The notes under the pieces are model-generated. The model did no database searches and was not told the origin of the DNA. It saw only the letters and a program-made list of their open reading frames with translations. Shown here in pieces: positions 1 through 10,863 of a stretch of DNA of 35,024 nt; position 1 is the stretch's first letter, and every line of letters begins with the position of its first letter. The DNA is from Octopus sinensis (lineage: Eukaryota): positions 1-35,024 of the forward strand of contig NW_021829908.1 of assembly GCF_006345805.1 (NCBI RefSeq), written 5' to 3'. Position numbers and translations under genes: made by a program.

Positions 1-398
1 CCGCAGCAGCAGCACAACCACTAAAAATATCAACAACAACCAACAACAATAATAATTAATCTATAACTACGTTTTTAAAGTAAGATCTTAATATAAACTT
101 CGTGATTTTAGCAAAACATCATTATTTTTCTGAATTCTTTGTAATACCAATTAAGTGTATATTTGTAAATGTTTCATTTTGTGTATGTTCATGTGTGTGT
201 GTATGTGTGTGTGTGTGTATGTATGAGCTGTGTACGCATGCATGTGTGTTTTGTACAACGAATGTGCGTTTTTGCGCAGAGATGTGATGCAGATGGAATG
301 ATTTTGAACGTTGGGGACTCTGACAATGTTTATATGTATGTGCGTGCTTATTAGAGTGTGTTACCTCGCTCTCTTCATATATATATATATATATATAT

Positions 399-1118
399 AA
401 TAGTGTAATAAATAAAATATATGCATACATACATACATACACATATGTACGTACCTACATCTACATGTATATATACATGCATATATAAATATATATATGT
501 GAGTACAGGACACCACAAATAGACGTAGTACTCAACGAGAACGAAAACGTAAAAACAAGCATGGAACGCACCTCTTTTTTACAAAGAAAAACAGAGTACT
601 CCAGCGTGTTTCGGAGGTGAGGACAGAACATGACTCGTCGAACTAGCCCTTCCTGCGAAGAAATTAAAGGAAATTACTTCGCAGAGGGGTAAAAACAAGG
701 AAAGAACAAAATGTGATACAAACAGGACGTAAAAACGATACAAATAAAATTACAAAATCAAATACAAAATAAAAATACAATTACAAAAAATTACAATACA
801 AAAAATAAAAACACACAAGAAAACAACCAAAGACTGCCTTTTTTGCCTAGACGAGGAGAGATTCAAGGAGCGCAAGAAAACCGTGTATTTACAGCAAAAG
901 GAAGTATTTGGCCGGCTGTGAGAGAGATGAGGAGGAGTGAGAGAGAGAGAAAGGGAGAGAAGGGAAGGTTAAGCAAAGAGGTATAGGGTTTCGCGTCATA
1001 ATTATATATAAAAACTGTACTGGGAGAAGAAGAAAAAACGAAACGAAACGGAACGAATCGAATCGAATCGACGCGAAGGCGCTCAGTCATACAATAGTGT
1101 AATAAATAAAATATATGC
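399..1118 (-). mobile_element. Non-coding repeat monomer (period 694 bp, about 746 bp with its 52-bp deletion restored) with a 26-bp terminal direct repeat; retrozyme-like or PLE pseudo-LTR-like
   Basis: AATAGTGTAATAAATAAAATATATGC occurs at 399-424 and 1093-1118. 399-710 is the reverse complement of about 1123-1479 (minus 52 bp), and about 995-1118 is the reverse complement of 1454-1565. (TA)n lies on the left flank. No credible ORF. Confidence 0.7.
598..633 (-). ncRNA. Partial copy of the permuted hammerhead (S3+S2 only; CUGAUGA strand deleted)
   Basis: Minus strand reads CAUGUU CUGUCC UCA CCUCC GAAACACG CUGGAG, then jumps across a 52-bp deletion with AGT microhomology. Confidence 0.5.
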
Positions 1119-1565
1119 GTATATTTTGGTCTTTCCTTGTTTTTACCCCTCTGCGAAGTAATTTCCTTTAATTTCTTCGCAGTAAGGGTTAGTTCGACGA
1201 GTCGTGTGCTGTCCTCACCTTCGAAACACGCTGGAGTTGAACTAGGGACAGCTGATGAAGGGGATTTTTCCTTGTGTAGTTTGTCTAGTACTCTGTTTTT
1301 TCTTTGTAAAAAAAGGTTCGTTCCATGCTTGTTTTTACGCTTCGTTCTCGTTGAGTCTGCGTCTATTTGTGGTGTCCTGTACTCACGTATATATATTTTA
1401 TATGCATGTATATATACATGTAGATGTAGTACGTACATATATGTTGTATGTATGCATATATTTTATTTATTACACTATTGTATGACTGAGCGCCTTCGTG
1501 TCGATTCGATTCGATTCGTTCCGTTTCGTTTCGTTTCTTCTTCTCCCAGTAAAGTTTTTATATAA
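1119..1565 (+). mobile_element. Inverted (head-to-head) partial copy of the same unit
   Basis: Direct alignment by eye to the reverse complement of 399-710 and 995-1118; runs into (TA)n at about 1560. Confidence 0.75.
1203..1263 (+). ncRNA. Hammerhead ribozyme-like motif in non-circularly permuted order (S3-S2-S1)
   Basis: Stem III CGUGU 1203-07 / ACACG 1226-30; stem I CUGUCC 1209-14 / GGACAG 1246-51; core CUGAUGA 1252-58; GAAA 1223-26; stem II GGGG 1260-63 / CUUC 1219-22. Position 17 is G1208 here but U in the other copy. Confidence 0.55.
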
Positions 1566-1572
1566 TATATAT

Positions 1573-1603
<31 letters not shown>

Positions 1604-1605
1604 GC

Positions 1606-1636
<31 letters not shown>

Positions 1637-1694
1637 ATATATATATAAGTATATATTTATATGTATATATAGATATATAGATATATAGATATAT

Positions 1695-1910
1695 AAAATG
1701 GCTGACGGTTAGTAAGGAGAGACACAATAAGTAAGAAGAAAACAAAGGACCACTGATGCGGTCACAGGAGTGTGACGAAAGAACTCTGGCCGAAATAAGA
1801 TTAAGATTAATGTAAAAAATAAATAACACTGAAGCAAAATAACACCAAATATATAGTGCGTGTGTTTTTATTGGCTAAACTGACAATATGACCATTCCGA
1901 AATATAACAA
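1695..1910 (+). mobile_element. Short (TA)n-flanked repeat carrying a minimal hammerhead-like motif; related copy at about 31125-31300
   Basis: Shares ACCAAATATATAGTGC..TGTTT.ATTGG and the TCACAGGA..TGTGACGA block with 31125-31300. Confidence 0.55.
1747..1791 (+). ncRNA. Minimal type I hammerhead-like motif (A9 replaced by C)
   Basis: GGACCA CUGAUGC G GUCACA GGAG UGUGAC GAAA G AA CUC UGGCC: 6-bp stem II directly before GAAA, CUC triplet, stem I GG(A)CCA/UGGCC. Confidence 0.5.
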
Positions 1911-2550
1911 TATATATATATACTTATATACATACATATATATGTATATATATACGTGTGTGTATGTATGTGATTTGAATATACTTTGAGTGTTTCTATG
2001 TGTGTGTAAGTGGTGTAGGTATAATTAACAGATATTAAGTAGATATGTATGTATACAGGTATGTACGTATATGTATGTGAATGTGTGTGTGTGTGTGTGT
2101 GTATACACTCATTTGAAATTTGATATTCGATTTCAGTAGAGGAAACTAACATTTTTTCCCTTTCAAGCGTATTCTAAATTCTAAGAATGATTACATACAC
2201 ATATGCATATGAAAATAAATCAAAAACAAAATTAAATATAAAAATATCACATTTAAATTAAGACAAAAAAGAACGATAAAACATCATAATCGTATAATTT
2301 TCGTTGGACTTATTTAAATGTATTTTGTAGCTGATAAGAATGAAAGCAATATTTATTTCTTTAGCGAAATATTTCAGCAGAACTGAAAACGTACCTTCTT
2401 AGATTGGGATGTTTAAATATTAACATTTTGAGCCTTTTATTATCGCTATTATTGTTATGAAATTTAAACATTTAAAACTTTGAAATTGATGAATATTTCG
2501 AAATAACAACTGTAACAACTTCATCACCACCATGTAAGATTAGCTGCTTT

Positions 2551-2642
2551 CAATAACAACAACAACAACAAGAACAACAACTACAATAATAATAATAATG
2601 ATAATGATGATGATGATGATGATAATAATAATAGTAGTAGTA

Positions 2643-2709
<67 letters not shown>

Positions 2710-2724
2710 TAATAATAATAATAT
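2551..2724. repeat. Compound (CAA)/(GAT)/(TAG)/(TAA)n microsatellite
   Basis: Visible trinucleotide runs. Confidence 0.95.
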
Positions 2725-3211
2725 AAGCATCAACGACAATAATGATTTTCTGAGAGAAAGAACTCAGACATAGGAAGTTAATATTAAATTCTTCCTTTAA
2801 ATATATGACGACATGAATTGAATATAAATTGCAATTTTTGAAATCAATTACAGTTTTTTTACTTATTTTCCTGATTTTGGAACAATTTCTAATTATTCAA
2901 AAGGAAAAAATAAATCTCAAGTAATTTCCCAATTAAATTCACAGCATTATTAACTATATATCTACATCTATATTTACGTCTTCCTCTCTCTCTCTCTTTT
3001 CGCTCTCTCTTTCCCTGTCTCTCTCCGTCTTTTCTTCGTCTTTCTCTGTCTTTATATATATATATAATAATTATATATATATATATATACATCACAAATA
3101 GAATGGATGGCTTATATATGTATATTATGTACATATACATATAAATTTATATATATATATATATTTACACACACGTTTACAAACACACGGAGAAAGAAAT
3201 ATACGTATATT

Positions 3212-3272
<61 letters not shown>

Positions 3273-3359
3273 CAAATTATACATCGATAATCGCCCATTA
3301 TTCGTGATATAAACTTGTAAATACACACATATATATATATATATATATGTTTACATGTG

Positions 3360-3425
<66 letters not shown>

Positions 3426-4108
3426 ATATATATATATAATATATATATAATACATGTTTATTATATATATATATCTGTGTCTGTATATAAATATATGCAT
3501 ATAGGTCTCTCTCTCCCTCCCCCATCTCTCTCTATATATATGTGTATATTTATCGATATATTTATATATACACGTATACATAGATTTTATCACTTTTTGT
3601 TCTCTAAATTCTTTAAATTGAAACATTATTTCATACATACATAATATCACTTAAATTGAACTACTTAAATCTGATTTTGGTATAAGTTTCATTAGCTGAA
3701 GAATTGTATTGAACTTCCTTAGTAAATTTAAAGAAATGCTTTATTTGAAAGCTACTAAGGACATTCTTACTTAAATTCTAGTTGGAAATTTCTATGTATT
3801 TCCCCTAATTTCTTTACCTTTTTTATTTCTTTCTTTCTTATCAATTAAACAAAATCTGTTGTCAGATAATGTTGTAAGTCATTTTACAGTTCTGTAGTTC
3901 TATAATTGAAAGAATGTCTTAATCATAATAGTTAGCAGTTCAAAAATCAATATTTGGAGTCTTTTTAGGCAATTTTTGAATCAATAAAAGTATTTCATCT
4001 CACCTCACCGAAAAGTTGTGAATGTTTCAAAGCAAGAAATTAAGGAAAAAAAAAATTTAAATGACAAGAAAAATGAAGGTAATAATAATTAAAATATAAA
4101 TTCTTCAG

Positions 4109-4140
4109 CGGGTTTGCCATCGTCTTTCTTTCATTTGGTT
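4109..4140 (+). CDS. Possible 32-nt host exon encoding hydrophobic GFAIVFLSFG
   Basis: ttcttcag acceptor and gtaagt donor flank an open hydrophobic frame; pyrimidine tract is weak. Confidence 0.2.
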
Positions 4141-4362
4141 GTAAGTTTCTGAAAAATATATATATCAGATTTTTCAGAAATATTAAAAAAATTATTCGTA
4201 TAATTAAAACGTTTTATAATTTTAAGGAAACTTAGAAATATTAAAACTCTATGATTATTAATTTCCCTTAATTTAAAAATTTTACTGTTTCTGAAGGAAA
4301 TTAGTATTATTTTTACAATTTAAGTTATATTTATTAACAATCTCTCTCTTTCTCTTTTTCTT

Positions 4363-4371
4363 TCTCTGTCG

Positions 4372-4403
<32 letters not shown>

Positions 4404-4445
4404 TCCTGTCTGTCTGTCTATCTGTTTATCTCCCTATCTATCTAT
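4363..4445. repeat. (TGTC)/(TATC)n tract, left flank of the Tx1-like LINE
   Basis: Visible; ends CTATCTATCTAT at 4434-4445. Confidence 0.9.
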
Positions 4446-4981
4446 AACAACAGCACAACCACTTACACAGACATACATAGAAGCCTACAACATACCCCTA
4501 CACCCTACTGATTCCTCAGAAATTTCGTCGGAAGACGAAACCAGTGAGGAATGGCAAATAGCTACAAAAAGAAGGAAAATAAAGAGCAGAAACACAACCA
4601 AACCAAATGCAAACACAAACAAAGCAGGGGAAATACATCTCCCGAAGACATTTCAAAACCCAACACAAACAACAGCCACGCCACACCACAAAAAATATAT
4701 ACAGCAAACATGCTCACAGCTATAGACACCAAAAACACAATTTGATGGAATACATCAAATCAAAACAAACATAACAGATGACATAAAAACAACAATCACC
4801 CATACACAACACCACCAGACTACATCAAAAATTACACATCTCCAAAAGTCTGCACCACACACTCAAAGGCATTTTCCCCAGTGCGGTTGGTAAATGCCAA
4901 AAATATCTCACAAAGAAACTGTACTGGGATCTCCTCGAGGACAAACCAAAGGAGGAGAAAGCAAAAACTTTCGAGCAGTAA
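4446..4981 (+). pseudogene. C-terminal remnant of ORF1 (frameshifted)
   Basis: Open stretches SSEDETSEEWQIATKRRKIK... and ...KLYWDLLEDKPKEEKAKTFEQ* ending at TAA 4979-4981, 42 nt before the ORF2 ATG. Confidence 0.55.
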
Positions 4982-5023
4982 GTAACCCTGTTTCTTTCCC
5001 TTGTATTCTAATTCATTAGGATT

Positions 5024-8000
5024 ATGATCAAGATTGGTTGTGTAAATGCGCGTGGCTTGGGGTCCCCTTGGAAACAAGGGTACCTCTTAAATGACATAAA
5101 GTCACATAAGTTAGAAATCATAGCCACAATCCGCGGGCCTTAAAGACCATGTTTGGCGGACAGTTCAACATTTATTTTCCCCCCTGTCTGCCAAGAATGG
5201 GCGGTAGTGGCACCGCGGCACTTTTTCGCAAGAGTCTGGATCTCAAAGTAAAGACAATATTCGTAGACCCGGAGGGTAGACTGGTCGTCCTGGATGCTGA
5301 CGGCAGCAATGGGTGCGCTTTTCGATTCGTATCAGTCTACGCACCGCCCTTAACAGGAAGGGCGGATTTCTTTCAACGTCTAGAAGTATTCTTGGGAACG
5401 TCTCGTCCTTTACTCTTAGTGGGTGATTGGAATGCTACCTTGGACACGCATGTAGACTACGTGGGTAGAGATAGGAATAGACGGGGATGCAAATGCCTCA
5501 GAGACCTGCTCAGACGCTTCCAACTGTCTGACAGGTTCCGACTAGACCAACCGAATGCGCCAACGTGGACATGGAGCAACCGCATCGGGTCGTCGAGATC
5601 GTATCTAGATAGGATACTGTGTAGGACAGTAGATAGAGATAGCATAGGATGTCCACAATTCCACATAGTCAGCTACACGGATCACAAACTTGTGACATGT
5701 ACGCTAGACTTAGGTAAGACACTTAGGCAGGGTCCCGGATACTGGAAACTAAACGCGTCTTTCCCATCGAGACAGGTTTTCAGAGACCGGATTAGCACAT
5801 TAGTAAAGAGGGCTTTGACGGGAGCCATCATCAACAACAAATGGTGGTTTGCCTTCAAGAGAGCAGTAAAAGCAGAAGCGATTAGGTTCAGCAAAGCACT
5901 AGCCATAGATAGAAATAGAGTAGAGGGTGAGCTAGTTAAGAAGCTAGAAGAGGCAATTAGAAGCAGCATCGCATCCGACGTTTTGGCGGTGAGGTTGGCC
6001 CTCGACCAACACTTCAACGCCAAACACGAAGGGTGTGCCGTCAGAGCTAGGATGCGTGCTCTAAGGAACGAAGGTGTTGGAGCCGCGAGAGAGGTCCGGG
6101 TGGCAGAGGCACAACAGGGCAACAAAGCCACTATTCAGTCTCTGGTAGATGAACAGGGGCGCGAATTGCTCGAGCCAAGTAAAATGTGTGAGGCCTTTCA
6201 ACAGCATTTTGCCCGACTGTTCGGGACGAGTGGCGGGCAAGAACGTAGGGTGGACTTCAGTGCCTACCTACACAGCCTACCACGACTCTAGACAAGAGAG
6301 GCAGGGTGCTGCGAAGGTGTCATCACGGCGGCGGAAGTGCAGGACGCGATGGCAGAATGCTCGAGGGACAAAGCACCGGGTTTGGATGGTCTACCCTACG
6401 AGCTTTACAATTGTATGCCAAACTTGTTTGGAGATGTCTTGGCAGCGGTGTACTGCAACTGGCAGCAAAACGGGAGCATTCCTGGTTTTGTGAGCCGAGG
6501 AGCCGTAACACTGCTGAAGAACATCTAAACAAGGGAAATGTAATAGATAACTTTAGGTCCATCACTCTGCTTAATGCAGACTTGAAAATTTTGGCCAAAG
6601 TGCTAGCCAAGAGGTTGGCGCTTGTCGTCGAGAAACTGATCGACAAGGCGCAAACATGCGCCATGCCGGGCCGGAGTATCCATGACAACCTCCACCTGAT
6701 GCGCTACATCATAGACAGGGTAGTTAACGAACCTGGCATGGGTGGGGCACTGATCAATTTGGATCAATCGAAAGCTTTCGATAGGGTGGACCATCAATAC
6801 TTGGAGGCAGTCCTCAGAGCGTCTGGCTTTGGTTCCGTCTTCCGCGGCTGGATAGCCGCTTTGTACAGAGGCATCCGTTCGGTAATTCGCATAAATGGAC
6901 ATCTATCGAGACCCTTCGACATCGCACGTTCGGTCCGTCAGGGATGCCCCCTCTCGTCGCTGCTATACGTATTGACTCTCGAGCCATTATTGCGGAAGCT
7001 GGCAACTTTGAGGGGCATCCCGTGAGAACTGGGATGCGGGACGTGCGTGTCTGCATACGCGGACGACGTCACCGTCATAGTGTCTAGCCACGAGCACATA
7101 GAGCAGGTCGGCGAGACACTGAAAGACTACGAAGCGGTGACAGGAGCGAAAATCAACCGGGAAAAGTCAGTGGGCTTGCGACTAGGCACCTGGAGAAGCA
7201 AGCCCATGCCGTCCACCAGAGCCTCCGTCGTGGGACGCTGGACCGACGGCCCGGTCGAGTTGCTCGGGGCTGGTTCGGTCCGGACCTCTAAGTGGAGAAG
7301 AACTGGAACGAGATAACGAGTAGGGTGGTCACTCTCGCCCGGCAATGGGCTGAGAGGAAACTATCCCTAAAAGGGCGGGCGGAGGTGGCGAACACGTACA
7401 TCGCGTCCGTCATCTACTACCGCCTGACCGTCGTGCCTTGTCCCGACCCTACCATCACCAAACTAGAACGCCATTCTCTTTCGCTTCTTGTGGAAAGGAT
7501 GCGTCCCGATGGTCAGGCGATCCATTTGCTGTCAAACCCGTTAAAAGGAGGACTGGGCATGCCGTGGTTGATGATGCACAGACACGCGCTGAGACTGTGA
7601 CATCTCAAGCTCTCGTAGAGACGGTGAACAGGTGTGGTCGCCGTTTGTGAGGCACGCTTTCCCGCTGCTCGTCTCCATGACCGAACTGCAGTCGTGGATC
7701 AAAAAGAGGCCGAGGAAGGGCGAATGCACCGCGAGTGTCGCGTTGCTCTCAAGCAACTCTGCCGTCCTGGGTCGACCTTAAGTGACTTCAACACAACCAA
7801 AGCATTCTATAGGGTTTAGTGGAGGGGAGGTACGACGACGAGCTCGGGGCGAACCTGGACGTCGACGAGGAGTACCTGACCCGCCTGTTCGGGACGACTT
7901 TCGGGCCAGGGCCCATGGACAACTTCCAGAGATCCCTGGCCTGGCAGTGCTACCGAGAAGCGCTACCCGTTCGGGATAAGCTCTACAGACACGGCTCGAG

Positions 8001-8409
8001 AAAGACTGGGCCGACCTGCCCGAGATGCGGTCAGAGCGACGAAACCGTTCTGCACGCACTCGTGCAGTGTCCAACAATTTCCGACCTATGGGCTTATGTC
8101 GAACAACTGCTGTTACGTGTGGGACGAGTCGGTTTATCAGCTGAGTCTATCGTCAATATTGTCACGCCTCCTTCCTTCAAACGGGAAGGAAGAGCTATTT
8201 TCATCATCCTTGTGGCTATGGCGAAAGAATGTATCTGGTGGACGCGTCTGAAAGGATTGGAGACAAACACTTTCCTCTCTGGTCAATCTCTCATCAACTT
8301 CTTCAAGTACCACTTGAAAAGGAAAGTGAGAGTAGTGAGGCAAGTTTTGTCTAGCGAATGTTTTAAAAAAAAGATGGCTGAATGTAGCAATGATGGCACG
8401 TATGAATGA
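5024..8409 (+). pseudogene. ORF2 (APE endonuclease - RT - zinc finger), disrupted
   Basis: ATG 5024 (MIKIGCVNARGL); deletion/frameshift near 5130; in-frame TAG 6289-91 and TGA 7023-25; further frameshifts near 6530, 7280, 7480, 7610 and 7800. Confidence 0.9.
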
Positions 8410-8875
8410 CGAAGCCACCTTGAGCATAATCCTATGAACCCAGAAATTGAAAACAGAGGGTTACTCACTTGCAAACAAATGTGGTAACATATAACAATAT
8501 TGACCAAGGTTACCGTGGTCTCTTTCGTAGGCTTTTCTTCCCACGGATAAACCTTATTTGCTTTCCCCTTTATACCATACATCATGACACTGTGATACAC
8601 GATCCCTATTGATCGTTTTTTTCCTCTTCCCCTTTTCCCCTTTTTCTTCTTTGTTTCATTTCTCTCTTCTTTTGTTCCTTTTCATTTTTTTTATTTTTTA
8701 AATTTTATTTTTTGTTCTTTTTTTCCCTTTTACGATCCCTTTTGATCGAAAACCTGCGCCACCTTTTTTTTGTTTCTTTTGTTTTTTGTTTCTTGTTTTT
8801 TCATCCCCCAAAAGAAAAGCTCTATCTTGTAACTTGTCCCATTTGTGTGCAGCCCTGTGTGGCCAATAAAGAAAC

Positions 8876-8997
<122 letters not shown>

Positions 8998-9513
8998 GCC
9001 AGTTTATCTGTCTATCAGTCTATCTCTGCATTTTGACCCCATAGGTTTTATTCCAATATTAAGAAAGACAAACACAGTTCAACGAAACGAAAGGGAGGAC
9101 CCCCGCTCCCCAAATAAATGAGGATGCAAATAATTTTGCACTCCTTTAGTTGTAGTGTTTGTTAAAATCATTAGGAGATTTAGGATTCAAGATCTCTTAA
9201 GAAATATTATAAAGAATATAGTTTGGTGCTCTAATATCTACTGGTATATCTCCCTTTCTCTTTCTTTCTCCCATTTTCTTTTTTTGTTTCTTTTTTCTTT
9301 CTTCCTTTCTTCCTTTCATTCTTTCGTTCTTTTATTCTCTATCTCTCCCACTCTCTCTCTACATGGCATGCAGATCAAATGCAGTTAGTTACTGTTAGCT
9401 TCAGTCTATATTTAGTTGAAATATTGGACAGTTAACTGATCATTCAGTAGAACTGTACATAAATTTAACTGTCCAAGCATAAATTATATATAAAACACAC
9501 ACACGCACACACA

Positions 9514-9557
<44 letters not shown>

Positions 9558-9571
9558 CACACGCACACACA

Positions 9572-9774
9572 TATTCTTTTCTACTCTAGGCAAAAGGCTC
9601 GAAACTTTTGGGGAGGGGATCAGTCGATTAGAACGATCCCAGTACGCACCTGGTACTTAATTCATCGACCACGAAAGGATGAAAGGCAAAGTCGAACTCG
9701 GCAGAATTTGAACTCAGAACGTAACGACAGACGAAATACCGTTAAGTATTTCGATTCTGCCAGCTCGCCGCCTT
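9572..9774 (-). mobile_element. tRNA-derived SINE (octopus-like family), internally deleted
   Basis: Minus strand: GGCGGCGAGCTGGCAGAATCG head, box-B-like GAGTTCAAATTC, central GACTTTGCCTTTCATCCTTTCG..GTCGAT...AGTACCAG block, 3' end GAGTAGAAAAGAATA abutting a (GT)/(GCGT)n tract. Family recognised from memory. Confidence 0.75.
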
Positions 9775-10270
9775 ACATACATATACATAGTGTTGCTTAC
9801 ATTATAAGAGTTTAGTAAATTCGAGAAATATGAAAAAATCGTTGTTTTCTAGTAGTTGAACTCCATGTAGTTGAGGCTATAAATAATAACCTGTAGAATA
9901 TTGAAGATATTGAGAATATTGGATTAGAAACTTCAATGGATGGCAAAAGACGAAGGCTAGATATGGGACTCAAATCCACAGATTCTTTAAGCCGAGAGGT
10001 GTTCTACCATTATATAAAAAAGCAACACCTCAAAATCCATCCATTTTAAAAGCTTTTGTTCTTACTTTGGTATAATGTCAGGAAGTCTGTTATGTTAGCA
10101 GAGGGATGAAGGTCCGATTCATGCGAGTAACTTTTGACTTTTTCCATCCAAAGATTTTATTCTATACATTGTTATGTATAGCTTTATCTACTTCGAGTGT
10201 TGCTGTCAAAAATAAAGATCACACACACACACATGCATATATATGTATATGTATATATAACTGTATATGT

Positions 10271-10322
<52 letters not shown>

Positions 10323-10358
10323 ATATATAATATATATATATATAATATATGTATGGAT

Positions 10359-10578
10359 AGAATATTTGGGCCTCAACATAGCTAACGAACAGGTTCGCAT
10401 AGTTGGGACCCATTCGCGTTCCCATGGCCACTCCCGAGAACTGATGGTAGAACTCGCCCGTGAACGAGAAGCAGTTAAGAGTAAGGACAAGTTCGGCCAG
10501 ACGAATGAGTGTGGAGGTGTCAGGTACAGGGTTGGAGCGGAGGTCAAGAAAGTGTTGAAGTGCCTGCAGTCCTTCGTG
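10359..10578 (-). mobile_element. Inverted internal RT fragment of the adjacent Penelope-like element
   Basis: Reverse complement of 12451-12669; encodes LQHFLDLRSNP...GVAMGTRMGPNYANLFVSYVEAQIF without frameshift. Confidence 0.9.
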
Positions 10579-10863
10579 TACATTCATTTCATGCTTTCCA
10601 CATTTTCCTGCAGTTTTGTCCTCCTTTCCGTCGTTTCTTCCTTCTCTGGATGTCCATACTCTGTTTCCTCTGCCTGCACCCTCTTTTTTTGCCTCCACCT
10701 CTCTCTGCTTCTCTTCTTTCTTTCCTTTTTCCGTTTGCCCCATCTTCTCCGTCTTTATTTTCTGCCCCTACCGCTTTTTTTATCTAGTTTTTTCATACGA
10801 TTATTATTTTTTTGTTGTTTTTTTCGAACGTTTGTTTTTTCCCTTTTCTTTCGCTATCCCATC

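Larger units (their letters stand above)
4446..8875 (+). mobile_element. Tx1-like (L1 clade) non-LTR retrotransposon, 5'-truncated in ORF1, decayed
   Basis: APE motifs (VNARGL, SVYAP, GDWNA, YLDRI, TDH, GPGYWKLN), RT motifs (KAPGLDG, NFRSITLLN, DQSKAFDRV, RQGCPLS, YADD), C-terminal CPRC..ETVLHALVQC zinc finger; AATAAA at 8865-8870. Confidence 0.92.

Noticed and set aside
863-1438. 191-aa minus-strand ORF
   Set aside because: Crosses the inversion junction of the repeat at about 1118; no recognisable domain.
9424-9476. 12-bp perfect inverted repeat TTGGACAGTTAA
   Set aside because: Single short instance with no TSD or second copy; cannot be assigned.
9700-9774. tRNA gene calls for box A/B-like motifs here and at 14930-14995
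   Set aside because: No complete cloverleaf; they are SINE heads.
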